64,000 nt of DNA from Eledone cirrhosa. Taxonomy: Eukaryota. The notes beneath the pieces are model-generated. The model saw nothing but the letters and a program-made list of their open reading frames with translations, ran no database searches and was not told the origin of the DNA. The position numbers were made by a program, and so were the translations under genes. Position 1 is the first letter of the stretch; each line of letters opens with the position of its first letter. Shown here one piece after another: positions 1-12,227 of this stretch. The stretch covers positions 252,712,001 to 252,776,000 of the forward strand of contig OZ024742.1 of the NCBI GenBank assembly GCA_964016885.1, read 5' to 3'.

Positions 1-311
1 TATGTATATATATGTGTGTGTATGTATGTGTGTATATATATATATCTCTATTAATGCGTGTGTGTATGTATATACATATGCGTTTTTTTATTATTATTTT
101 CATTTGTATGTCTGAGTTTGGTGAGGTGGTATTGTTTTTTATGTGTATACACATATATGGAAGCGTATGTATTTATTTATATGAGTATAAGTAGGTGCAT
201 ATGTATGTATGATTATATATCTAATTCTATGTATGAAGGTACATCTATATATATATATATATGTACGTGTGTATGTAAGTTGTGTGTGTATGTATCTTTA
301 TGTCTATGTGA

Positions 312-363
<52 letters not shown>

Positions 364-452
364 CGATGTGCGTATATGTATGTACATGTATGTACATGTA
401 TGTGTATATGTATGTGTATGTATATTTAGATGTATGTGTATGTATGTGTATA

Positions 453-505
<53 letters not shown>

Positions 506-800
506 ATATATATATATATATGGATATATATCTTTATTATCTATTTTTTATATATATGTGTATGTGTGTATGTGTTGCGCGTGTGTGTGTGTGTATATAT
601 ATCTTTTTATATGTGTATGTGTATGTTCGTGTAAGTGTATGTGTGTGTATGACTGTATATGTATGTGTGTATGTGTGTATGCGTAAATATCTCTATGTGC
701 GCGTACATGTATGTATGTGTATGTATATCTGTATGTGTATGTACATTATATTATATTTATTATATTTTATTGTTTTTATTTTTTTATTTTTCTTAATTTA
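1..800. repeat. (TA)n/(TG)n/(TATG)n compound microsatellite
   Basis: Continuous TA/TG dinucleotide runs; the ORFs here are YIYI/CVCV artefacts. Confidence 0.95.
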
Positions 801-1326
801 TAGATACATTTATATTAGGCAGTCTGCTCAGACAATCTAATACTGACCCCTCCCCCCCCTCCCACCTAATTTCTGTATCTTGATCTTGAAATGTGTGTGC
901 CAGTGTTTTATGTGAGTGACTTAATTTCTATGTGCTTATGATTTTATATCCACATCTATAAATGTGAGTGGGGGAGTGTGTGTGTTTGTATGTTCGTGGT
1001 TATGTGTATATTTATGCATATACGCGCATGTATGTGTGATTATACTGATATGTGTGAGTATGAAAAAATATATTTATATGCTTGACTCCATAAGTATCAA
1101 TGCGCATCTTATCAGCGCATTAAGCTTACAGAGATATTAACCTTGAAATTTTGTGTTTGCATCCATCTTTTTAGTATGCGCATACAAATTATACACACAT
1201 TATTGTAAAATATGTGTAAGGATTTTACATGTATATACACACACCAAACTGCTTTTAACCCTTTGTGTTTTCATTGGTCAATTTTGAACTGATATTTTGA
1301 ATTGTTGTTATTATCAATAAATATAC

Positions 1327-1481
1327 TTCATTATTTCTGAAGACGGCGTATATATGTGTTAGGTATGTATATTTAATCTTGATAATTTGTATAATTTTGT
1401 ATAATTTTGTACATAGATCTGTTGAATATGCATACCAATTATAACACATATATACCCTAGAAACGATCGTTAAATAGTGAA
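1327..1481 (+). ncRNA. Type I hammerhead ribozyme with very long stem II (probable PLE 3' terminal repeat remnant ~820-1530)
   Basis: Stem I TTCATTATTT/AAATAGTGAA, core CTGAAGA (1337-1343), ~115-nt stem II hairpin, GAAA-CGATCG-TT with palindromic stem III, cleavage triplet GUU. Confidence 0.75.
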
Positions 1482-1526
1482 CTTTTTTTGTTTAATATAA
1501 GGAATTGTTTGTTCATTATTTATTTA

Positions 1527-1632
<106 letters not shown>

Positions 1633-1671
1633 GAAAAGTAAGAAATCAGAGAACAGACCGTTAAAACGTGT

Positions 1672-1731
1672 TTATTTAAAACAGCACCTACGTACGTTTC
1701 GCCCAGTTGGGTTTGTCAAGGGCATAAATAA
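1672..1731 (-). ncRNA. Hammerhead ribozyme variant (UUGACAA core), 3' pLTR copy with a stem II G-to-A lesion
   Basis: Reverse complement: TTATTTA TGCCC TTGACAA ACCC AACT GGGC GAAA CGTACG TA GGTGC..TAAATAA. Confidence 0.6.
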
Positions 1732-2009
1732 CCAAAAGTGTTACATTGCTCGGAAAGTGTTTTTGGGGTTAAGTTCACGTCATAATTCATTCTTCGCAAA
1801 AAAGGCGTGTTTTGATTTTGCAGTAGGTCAAGGGAGGTAACTCTGGCCAGTGTTAGGGCAGTCTTTCCCGGACACATTTTTTATCCGTTACAAGATGTGG
1901 CTACAACCTTACCATTGTTCCTGGGTGCTTTTTTTGCAGCGCCCTCCCGTCGGGGTTTAAAGCTTGTTGCAGGAAGATCCGGTACACGGTTTCACTCCTC
2001 ATCCTTAAC

Positions 2010-4765
2010 TCATCTGAAGAAGGATATTTTTAAGCGATGTGTACAACCTATCGTCGTTTCAGCTCTGCTGTTGATGAGCTCGTGGGGTGCAGTTATGATG
2101 TGGTAGAGCTCCATGAGGCAAAGATCGCACTTCCTCTTGAAGTTGTACGGTGCAGCCCTGCCGACAATATCCCAGTGCGTGGAGAAGCTGATGTTTAAGT
2201 CTTTTAATGACGTGATGTAGTCCGCGAGCGAAGTGGAGTGTCTTAATTTCTTATTTGTGAACGAGTGGAGATGTGTTCGAAATCTAATTTTGAACGGGCC
2301 GGAAGTAGCCCCTATATAATGTTTAACGTTATTGTGGCTAGTTACAGTGCACCTATATATAAACCTTATCAGTCAAGCAGTATTCTCTAAGGGAGCAGCG
2401 TCCCCTGTCGCGGCAGTTGCAATTTCTGTCGCGGTTCCTTCCACTTCCCACGGTTAGGCTATCATTGTTGCTATCTACGCCCCCGCAGCTGTTGTTAGCA
2501 CCATTACAACCCACAGTGCGCGGGGTGGTACGATTATTATTCCACACGTCATGTCCTGCATGTTCCCCAGTCATGTCGCGGTTATGCTGGTTGCGTCTGT
2601 AGAGGCCGTTGCCAGCACTATTGGATGCTGTTAGGGAGTTGTTAAGGCCGATATAGTTATTGTCAGGTGTAGGTGCGTCTGTGCTAAGGTGTTGTGTCTT
2701 GGTGATCTTACTGTGGTTCGTTGTTCCTATGATGTCTGCTAGGTTAGGAGTAGTAGAGAAGGATATTTTTATATTGTTCCTATTAAGAATTTTTCTATGC
2801 CTATGGTTGGGCGGGAAGTTCTTCTCTAAGGCTTCGAAGAATATCCGGGGTATGTTGGAGGCCACACTCCGAGAGTAGGGGTTGGGGGTGGGGGTGGAAC
2901 CATAGGACGTTACGGTGGCGATTACGTGTCCTTGTACGTTTGCTACGGGTGGTTCCATCAAGGTGACCGTTCTTATGTATGTTATTGCGCTGTAGCCCGT
3001 TACGTGCCCCTTTCACTTTATGCTCGCGTGCACTCTTCTTCCTTCTTCCATGTTTATGTAAAGGAAGATGTTGGTTGGAAGGCGTTGGTAGTAGGCCGTT
3101 GCCTTTGTTGATTTTATAGCAGGGGAATAATTCGAGTAGGCTACAGTGGTCACTGTCACCGGGGTCGTGATATTTATTGTGTGGTAAGTTACCTATACCA
3201 TCGGCAGTGTAATTAACGTTGCGGCCGTGTCTCTTAGTGCGAGATTATCTATACTATTATATCCGACTCCTACGAAGCCGCCGCGTGATCGGTTATAGGT
3301 ATGGCTTACTATAACGTTCGTTTTATGGGGGGGGGGGGGGTTCCTAGAGCTAGCGTTAGGGATGTAGGAAATTCCTCGGTTAAAGCCGGCGCTTATCAAG
3401 GCCTTATTGTAGTAATCTGCTGCTTGGTTGAAGATATCTTCATTGGCGGAGAGCCTCGAGATTCTATGTGAGATGCTATATACTATGGAGTTGAGAATCT
3501 GCTTAGGGTGGTTGGAGGCATAATTAATATAAGAAAGGCACTCTCCAGGCTTATGGTATGGCTTGTATAGGCCCGTACTCAACTCCAGGGTCACGTCCAG
3601 GAAGTTGACAACCTGGTGGTTGAGGTCCATAGTTACGGATAGGCCGTATGACTTAAAGAACCTGTGTATATGTTTGTTAAGGTTCTGTATCCTACGAGGG
3701 CTATGGTTCCTAACGGTAAACAGGGCGTCGTCCCTATATACACCTCCTTGTAGGGCCGGTATCTCGTCCATAAGCTTATGGAGGAGGTATATCACGACCA
3801 GGTCAGTTGCTTGCGCTGAGTCACTGGACCCCATCGTGACATCGAAGTTATCAGGACGGTTGGTTCTGGTTCAGTGGGAGCCTTCGAACTGGATAATGGT
3901 TCTACGCGCCGCTAGAACTATGTCTATTTCTTTTTTAGTGAGGCTAGTGTTAGATTTAGCTAATATGAGTGCCTTATTTAAGAGTATGGGCGAGATAGAG
4001 GCGTAGTAACTATGTATGTCAAACTGGATGAACTTCAGGGTCGCTTTATCCAGCAACTCGGCGAACCAATTTATGACCTGGTCGGTGTTGTCCCAGAGGC
4101 AGACCTTAACCTTTCTATTAAGATCCAGTAGTACTCTATCGAGGATCACTTTACTAATCTTACCTATATCAGATGAAGAGGGACATATTAGTCTAATAGT
4201 GGGGCTTTCATTAAAGTTACATTTGTGATCCTTAAGAGAGAATCTAGGCGTCAGAGGGACGTACGGGTTAGTGTACTTTTCTATTTCTAAGCTGGTAACT
4301 ATATCCTTCCCTACTCTATTTATGTCATTTAGGGTACTAAAGGGTGTTTTTTTGTAGTCTTTGTGTAGTTCCTTATAAATGAATTTTTTATACTTGCTTG
4401 GTTTTGTCGGAGGTGACGAAGAGGTGCGGGTCATTCTTGATCTTAGTTATGAGTGTATCAAGGTACGTTAAGAATGGATTGCTGCATCGGTGTTTCTTTC
4501 TGAACTTAACGTTTTTGATCATTTTCAGCAGGTCCTCCTCAAAGGAGTCTAGTAAGGTGTTGTGCGGTGGGTTTCGGTATGTTCTGAAGCCATACCTCTC
4601 TTTAGGTTCAGGAAGGTTACGGGTGTTCTTATCCAGGTGGTAGGCCTTCCATCTGACTCTCCGTATAAACGAGTTAGCAGCGTCTATAAGCAGTTTGAGG
4701 TAGGTTTTTCTGCTGGGTAAGGGGATACATTTGAGAGACATGGGTAACGGCTGGTTCTCCAACAT
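2010..4765 (-). pseudogene. Frameshifted PLE RT + GIY-YIG endonuclease ORF
   Basis: ORF pieces 4388-4765, 3871-4434, 3193-3834 and 2353-2961, plus a manually read GIY-YIG domain ending ...CDLCLMELYHII...CTHRLKISFFR* at 2010. Confidence 0.88.
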
Positions 4766-5014
4766 TAAGGCAAATAAAGTGAGATGCTCTACAAAAGGAA
4801 CACGGTAATAAAGTATTTACGTATCGAGAGAGAGAAAAAAGGAAGGATAGGTGATACATGTAGTTATTTGCCAAATAGCGTATGCAAAAGGTGCTCAATA
4901 CTAGTGCCGGCAGTATTAAATATTAGAAGTGTTAATATTTAATGGGCGAGAGAGATAGCAGAGCGTAAGCACGTGGAAAAGTAAGAAATCGGAGAACAGA
5001 CTGTTAAAACATGT

Positions 5015-5074
5015 TTATTTAAAACAGCACCTACGTACGTTTCGCCCAGTTGGGCTTGTCAAGGGCATAAATAA
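5015..5074 (-). ncRNA. Hammerhead ribozyme variant (U3-A8 core), 5' pLTR copy
   Basis: Reverse complement: TTATTTA TGCCC TTGACAA GCCC AACT GGGC GAAA CGTACG TA GGTGC..TAAATAA; palindromic ACGTACGT stem III, GUA triplet. Confidence 0.75.
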
Positions 5075-6104
5075 CCAAAAGTGTTCCTTACATTGCTCGG
5101 AAAGTATTTTGGGGGTTAAGTTCACGTCATAATTCATTCTTCGCAAAAAAAGCGTGTTTTGAATTTGCAGTAGGTCAAGGGAGGTAACTCTGGCCGGTGT
5201 TAGGGCAGTCTTTCCCGGACACATTTTTTATCCGTTACAAGATGTGGCTACAACCTTACCATTGTCGATACGCACAGGGTCAGGTAATCAACGCTTATTT
5301 TGAGACGTTTGTTTTTCCCGCACCTGCTCCCCTGGGTCGTTTGAGGCTGGGTCTGGGATGCATGGTTAGTTTCCTGGGTGTTTTTTTTGCAGCGCCTGCC
5401 CGCCGGGGTGTTAAAGCTTGTTGCAGGAAGACCCGGTACACGGTTTCACTCATCATCCTTAACCCATATGAAGAAGGATATTTTAAAGCGATGTGTACAA
5501 CTTATCGTCGTTTTCAGCTCTGCCGTTGATGAGCTCGTGGGATGCAGTTATGATGTGGTAGAGCTCCATGAGGCAAAGATCGCACTGTAACTAGCCACAA
5601 TAGCGTTAAACATTATATAGGTGCTACCTCCGGCCCATTCAAAATTAGATTTCGAACACATCTCCACTCTTTCACAAATAAGAAATTAAGACACTCCACT
5701 TCGCTCGAGGACTACATCACATCATTAAAAGACTTAAACATCAGCTTCTCCACGCACTGGGATATTGTCGGCAGGGCTGCACCGTACATACTTTATAATA
5801 TATTGCTCTGATTATTTAATTTATTAATTCATCATTGAGCCACATCGTGAATGGTTGCCAAAACATACATATCTGTGACTTTGTCTAATTTGTGTATATG
5901 TAAATTTTATATTTGATAATCTCCCATAAGGTTGAGATGCAATTTGGTCAATATTGGACTGCGCTTTCTAGCAACCAGCCCACTCGTCGTAAGCCACCAA
6001 TCACATTCTTTCTGACTTGACCACTGCCACGTCACAGTTCTTAGCCATTTTGAATTCGTTTCTGGCGGGGATCACTTAAGAATATTCTTTGTCCAAATGA
6101 GTTT

Positions 6105-6185
6105 GTTTCCTGATGGGTTCGAAGCTCGAGATTTCATCCTTGATAGGATATTTCCGAAAGCGAACGAAACGCTAAGGGTAGAAAC
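6105..6185 (+). ncRNA. Hammerhead-like fold with extended stem II (CUGAUGG core) in a separate PLE terminal remnant
   Basis: GTTTC CTGATGG GTTCG...ATCCT-TGAT-AGGAT...CGAAC GAAAC GCTAAGG GTA GAAAC. Confidence 0.55.
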
Positions 6186-6480
6186 GTAATCCTAGTATGT
6201 GTATATGGATTTTTTTCTTCTAACCTTAATTTTATAGCTAATTGTATATGGTTGACAGTATATTTAATCGATTTCCACGTGCTATTGAAATGTTGGGTAA
6301 ATATTCTATAGCGGTTGATCGCGAATAAATTGCTGTCGTTTATTTATCTACTATTTCTTCATAGGTACCTTTTAATCTTATAGCCTGGTTTAATTGATTT
6401 TTTATGTGGTTGATTATGTTAATTGGGAGAGGAAATGGTGTATATATATTATCAAATGATTCTATGGACATACTTTATAG

Positions 6481-6511
<31 letters not shown>

Positions 6512-6604
6512 GTATATATATATTTATATATATATGTATATATATATATGTATATATATATTTATATATATATGTATATATATATTTATATATATATGTA
6601 TTCT

Positions 6605-6822
6605 AGTCGATCGACTTTCGTCAAATCGGACCGAGGAAACTATGTTTCCGTTGGTCTTTCCAATTGCTAATACTATCTATCGGTCGCAACTCCAGGTAGA
6701 AGGAGCAACGTGAAATAAAGTGTCTTGCTCAAGGACATAACGCATCGCCTGGTTCAGGAATCGAACTCACAACCTCACGATTGTGAATCCAATACTCTAA
6801 CCACTCAGCCACACGCCTTCAC
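6605..6822 (-). mobile_element. tRNA-derived SINE
   Basis: Reverse complement head GGCGTGTGGCTGAGTGGTTAGAG...GAGTTCGATTCC (A and B boxes) followed by TCCTTGAGCAAGACAC; related sequence at ~42985-43060. Confidence 0.75.
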
Positions 6823-6977
6823 ATATATATGTATATATTTATATATATGTATGTATTTATATATATATGTATATATATATATATGGCAGTATCTGTAAAG
6901 CGTTGGACAACATGCTGTGTAGCATATAGTTACAGCCCTTTATGTTCTGAGTTCAAATCCTGTCGAGGTTAGTTTTG

Positions 6978-7067
<90 letters not shown>

Positions 7068-7255
7068 GTTTAACAACGTTCAATGAATTCATCAATGAAT
7101 AAAGTTTCACAATAGGTTATAAGCATTCTACAGAAGGTTTTCAGGAGTTATTAATATTACTTCAAAATATTAATAATATAGCTGAGTATCTCTGAAATTT
7201 GTATAATAAAATATATTTGATCACATAAATGTCTATATTTATTAATATTTTGAAG

Positions 7256-7325
<70 letters not shown>

Positions 7326-7399
7326 TAACAATAATAATAATGTTAATGATAGGAACAACAACAACCATAATAACAATAATAGCAACACACACAACTATG

Positions 7400-9521
7400 A
7401 CAATAGATATAATGACAACCCTTAGAGAAACTATTCTTCAATCCAGCTGACAAAACATATCAGATGGGTAATATTTATCGTACGAGGTTACCCTTTAATA
7501 AAAGGGTTTGTATACCACAACAAATAGATGACGAGACAGAGGCACAGTTCACCATAGCTAGAAATAAGATTAGACAAATAATAGACCGATAAACTAAGAG
7601 ACAAAGCAGACCAGAGGTCCAACAACTTGGAAGGAAACCTGTAGAAGGCTTAGTTAGCCTCAAGCAGCACACAAGGGATGGTGAGGTAGTGTGTCTACCC
7701 ACGGATAAGTCTGGTAGGATGTCAATAGAGAGCATGCTGAACTACATCAAGGCTATGTAACCCCACATCACCAACACGAGCGAAATTACACAGCAAATAC
7801 ATGACGGGAGAGAGAAGATCCTCAACGCTCACATGATGATGTGGACCGACATCTTAAAGCCAAGCAGACGCACTGCCAACAACTTCCAGGCATCTAACAA
7901 TGGCACACCACCCTTGTATGGGCTCTGCAAAGACCATAAGACAGTCAACGACCCGACAACAGGACCACCAACAAGACCTGTATGCGGAGCCAATATCGCT
8001 AGCAACTACAGGATCTCCTACTTCCTCTCAATGGTTATACACCCCATAATCAAGATGTCCTAGATGTATGTGACAGTACAGAGGACCTCCTCAGCAGAAT
8101 CAGTGAGTGCAACAAAAACAAAAACCTATCCAACTGCATAATAGGCAGTATGGACGTGGTATCACTATACCCATCCATTAACATTGATTTTGCTGTGGAA
8201 AAATGTGTGGAGATGATCAGTGAGAGTAAGGTGGAGTTCTGCGGCGTCGACACAGATGAACTGGGCCTCCTACTTAGACTTACTTATGACACTGACTACC
8301 TAGACAGCCATGACCTTAGCCGTTTCTGCCCCAGTAGACCCATAAGAGGTAGACCCCCACCATAACCTCAATGGCAAAAAAAGACTTCCATGGGAAGGTG
8401 GATTGGGTGGACCAAAGCCATACGGACCCCTCAAAACAACGATCAGTTAAGAAAAATGGTCGCACATGCAATAGGGGCTAGTATTAAAACTACCCTAAAA
8501 GGCCACATATTCAAATCCAATGAGGAGATCTACACCCAAAATGAGGGAGCAGCCATTGGCGTCAGCATAGCTGGTGACGTTGCCAACCTTTTTATGGTAT
8601 GGTGGGAAAGGAGACTCAAAGATCTTGATGAGAGCTCCATAGACCTCATCATGTACTCTCGTTATGTAGACGACATTAATATTGTAATAAGGACATCCCC
8701 ACAAGAGAGTACTAACAAGTATGATTTAGAACGTAGCACGATGGAAAGCGTCCAGCAGATAGCTAATTCCATACACCAGAGTATAACTGTAATTATCGAC
8801 TACCCCTCCAAACACCCTAACAATAGAATACCTGTATTAGACAGGGAACTCTGGATTAACACTATAGACGAGAGAGCCCAAATTCTCCACTCACACTACG
8901 CTAAACCCATGGCCTCCAAATACCTGATACTCAAAAATTCAGCAATGTCCAGTAATGCTAAGTTTAATAGACTTGGTACGAGTGATGAAGAACGTGTCCC
9001 GCATGTGTGACCCAACAGAAATGGAAAGACACATCCAACACTTCATCAACCGCATGTAGTTCTCTGGCTACAACCAAATAGACAGAATCAGAGTATACGA
9101 AGGAGCCACGGAGAAGTATAAGACCCTCATGGAATTGGACATGAAAGGAATTTGTCCATTATACAGGAGCAAATCATGGAATAGCTTAGATAGGACTAAA
9201 CATAAGATAGAGAAAGCCACCTCATGGTACGACAACCAGAGATACCAGAGTGTCATGTTTGTGGACGCTACCCCTGGAGAGAAATTAGCTAACCCGTGTA
9301 GAAAGGCCCTGAGAAAGACCCACCTAAAGATTAAGGTGGTAGAAAACGGTAACATAGACAACATAGAAATTAAAATAATATCTAAACATAGAAATGACCC
9401 AGCAGATAGGCAAATCAGAGAGGCCAGTGAAATGGAACTTAGAAGGTCAAAGCTAAACAGAAAAAATGAATGGAATAACAACAACACCCAAACAAACAAT
9501 ACTGACCTAAGAGAAATATAA
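7400..9521 (+). mobile_element. Decayed Naiad-like Penelope element (RT, thumb, truncated GIY-YIG)
   Basis: LYGLCKDHK, PPTRPVCG, SMDVVSLYPSI, long insert ELGLLLRL, GAAIGVSIAGDVANLFM, RYVDD, SGY..R, PLYRSKSW, FVDATPG, RQIREA..LNRKNEWN. Confidence 0.85.
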
Positions 9522-9661
9522 ATAAATAAATAAATATATACACAGGCACAATAACATCAAACACATATAAACACACACTAGTAAACTAAGATAGAATACA
9601 ATAACCAAAACACAGTCACCCAAACGCGAACACACATCAAACACTATACACACACGCAAAC

Positions 9662-9855
9662 GCGGGCGGTGGATTGGCAGTATCAGTAGAGGGTCGGACG
9701 CCATGCTTTCCAGCATAGTTATGTCCCTTTACGATCTGAGTTCAAATCCCGCCGAGGTTGACTTTGCCTTTCATCCTTACGGGGTCGATAAAATAAAGTA
9801 CCAGTAATGCACTGGGTAATTGCTGGCCTTGTGCCTAAAGTAGAAACAATTATTA
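9662..9855 (+). mobile_element. SINE family A (tRNA-like head, (ATT)n tail)
   Basis: GGCGGTGGATTGGCAGTATC..GAGTTCAAATCCC..AGTAGAAACAATTATT; near-identical copies at 60543-60730 and 60777-60968. Confidence 0.85.
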
Positions 9856-9887
9856 GCACAGCAACAAGTATATAGGAACAACATAAT

Positions 9888-12095
9888 ATGAAGACGTCGC
9901 ATCTCAGAGTTGCAACATTTAATGTTGGCACTCTCAGAGGTAGATCTGCTGAAATAGCGGAGATGCTGGAGAGAAGACATGTGGATGTGTGCTGTGTGCA
10001 AGAGGTGAGATGGAGAGGTGCCTCTGCGAGACTAGTAGTAGGCAAACATCTTAGCTATAAGCTTTTCTGGGTAGGTAAGGATGATGGGTTAGGGGGAGTA
10101 GGCATTTTCGTGGCTGAGAGATGGATCAATAAGACAATAGAGGTAGTTCGAGTTAGTAATCGAATAATTAAGCTTAGATTAGTTGTAGGCAGGAGACTAC
10201 TGACAATCATCTCTGCCTATGCTCCCCAAAGCAGGCCTAGGCAAAGAAGAGAAAGACTGCTTTTACGAGCAACTTTTACAAACAACCGAAATGACAGAGG
10301 ACAGAGACATCGTTATGCTAGCAGGGGACTTCAATTGTCATGTTGGACAGCTCCAGCAGGGTTACGCTGGGGTACATGGTGGGCACGGTTATGGCTCAAG
10401 AAATGAAGAAGGAGTGAGACTTCTTGAATTTTGTGATGCAAGTACACTGACTATTTGAAACACTAACTTCCAGAAACCTGCCAACCACCTAATAACCTAC
10501 AAATCTGGCGAGCACATAAGCCAGATTGACTTCTTACTAGTTAGGCAGCGGGACAGCCAGATAGTGTCTAATACCAAGGCATAGATTAGTCGTTAGTGAT
10601 ATCTCAGTAAGCAAGAGATGGAATGAGACATACAGGAAGGCGTGGAGAAGAAAGATCTGAAAGCTAAAAGACCTTTCACTAAAATACAAATTTAGGAAAG
10701 CCCTTCAAAAAAGAAGACGATTTAGAGACGTATGACATAGATAATAACTGGAATTTCTTACGTGACAACTTACTGCAGGCTACTGATGAAACTTGTGACT
10801 GGAGCAAAGCTCCAACCAGACAGAGAGTGACCTGGTGGTGGAACAGCACAGTAGATAAGGCCATTAGAAACAAAAGAATAGCATGGTAGGCTTGGAAAAA
10901 GGATGGGAGTAGAGAAGGATATACAGCTGCTAAGAGAGAAGCTAGACGTCAGGTGTGCTTAGCATGCAGGGAGGTTGCGAGTAGGAGGTTTGCCAATGTT
11001 CTGCGACGGGAAGATCAGAGGCATGCGGTGTTCCACATTGTAAAGCAGTGTGTCAATGCAAATCAGGATGTTGCTGGAGATAAATGTGTCCAGAATGATG
11101 CCGGTGTACTTAGTGTCACGAATGATCAGAAAAAGGAGGCCTGGAAATATCATTATGAGAGACTGATGAATGTGGAGAACGAATGGGAGAGAGAGAAATT
11201 ACCCTCAGTAGATCCGACAGAGGGACCAGCTATTGAGGTTAACGAATATAGGGTCCAAGAGGCGATTAAGGAAATGAAAAATGGTAAGCCTGCTGGACCA
11301 TCGGGGATAGTTGCTGAGATGCTGAAGGCATTAGGGGACGTAGGCACTAAACTGGTTGCACGCATCATCAATCAGGTTATATATGGTGGTGTCATACCCA
11401 AAGACTGGTATGGCAGTATTCTCATAAATTGCTACAAAGGTAAAGGGGGTGATCCGGAGAGGAGCAATTATAGGGGTATAAAACTGATGGATCAGGTTAT
11501 GAAAGTGGCAGAAAGGATATTAGCACAACTAATTAGAGAAAGGGTCAAACTAGATGAGATGCAGTTTGGTTTTGTGCCTGGGAAGAGTACAACAGATGCC
11601 CTCTTCTTGGTGAGACAATTACAAGAGAGGTCTTAGAGAAAAATAAGCCACAATACTTAGCCTTTGTTGACCTTGAGAAGGCCTTTTATAGGGTACCCCG
11701 ATCTGTCATCTGGTGGTCCCTAAGGAAACTAGGTGTTGAGGAATGGCTTGTGAAGACTGCAAACTTTGTACAGAGGTACTGTCAGTAAAGTCAGGGTAGG
11801 AATGGAGTTTAGTGAGGAATTCCAGATACAAGTAGGAGTACATCAAGGTTCGGTCCTCAACCCGCTCTCGTTCATTATAGTCCTCCAAGCCATAACAGAG
11901 GAGTTTAAGACTGGCTGTCCATGGGAACTTTTCTATGCTGACGATCTGGTTCTTAGAGTAGAATCAGTAGAGGAGCTAGAGAATAAATTCTGGCTATGAA
12001 AATAGCAGTTGGAAGCAAGAGGGCTGAGAGGGAACCTAGCTAAGACAAAAGTGTTGATGAGTAGAAAAGAGGACAACACTCTGATTCCGTCAGGC
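9888..12095 (+). mobile_element. RTE-clade LINE, decayed (APE endonuclease + RT)
   Basis: ATFNVGTL..CVQEVRW, SAYAPQ, AGDFNCHVG; NYRGIKLM, QFGFVPG, GVHQGSVL, YADDL; multiple stops. Confidence 0.92.
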
Positions 12096-12227
12096 ATATT
12101 CTTAATTATGGTTCAGTGGTGAATCTTATTACTCTGGAGTTTCACTTGTGCATCTACAAGATTATCAGACAGCCTTTTTTTGATGACCCTGTAAGTGCAC
12201 AGAGATAGACTACATACATACGTACAT

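Noticed and set aside
12-840. Several 60-140 aa ORFs (YIYI/CVCV)
   Set aside because: Translations of TA/TG microsatellites; the same applies at ~6400, 14930, 27070, 28940 and 41190.
2040-2095. GAGC..GCTGAAACG hairpin resembling a hammerhead on the minus strand
   Set aside because: It lacks a CUGA box and lies in the GIY-YIG coding frame.
6730-6822. tRNA gene-like sequence
   Set aside because: It is the head of a SINE, continues into a SINE body and has no intact cloverleaf.
9000-9010. TGA at the end of ORF 8390-9010 as a selenocysteine codon
   Set aside because: It lies in a shifted frame after a deletion; the homologous frame reads TGT GAC (C-D).
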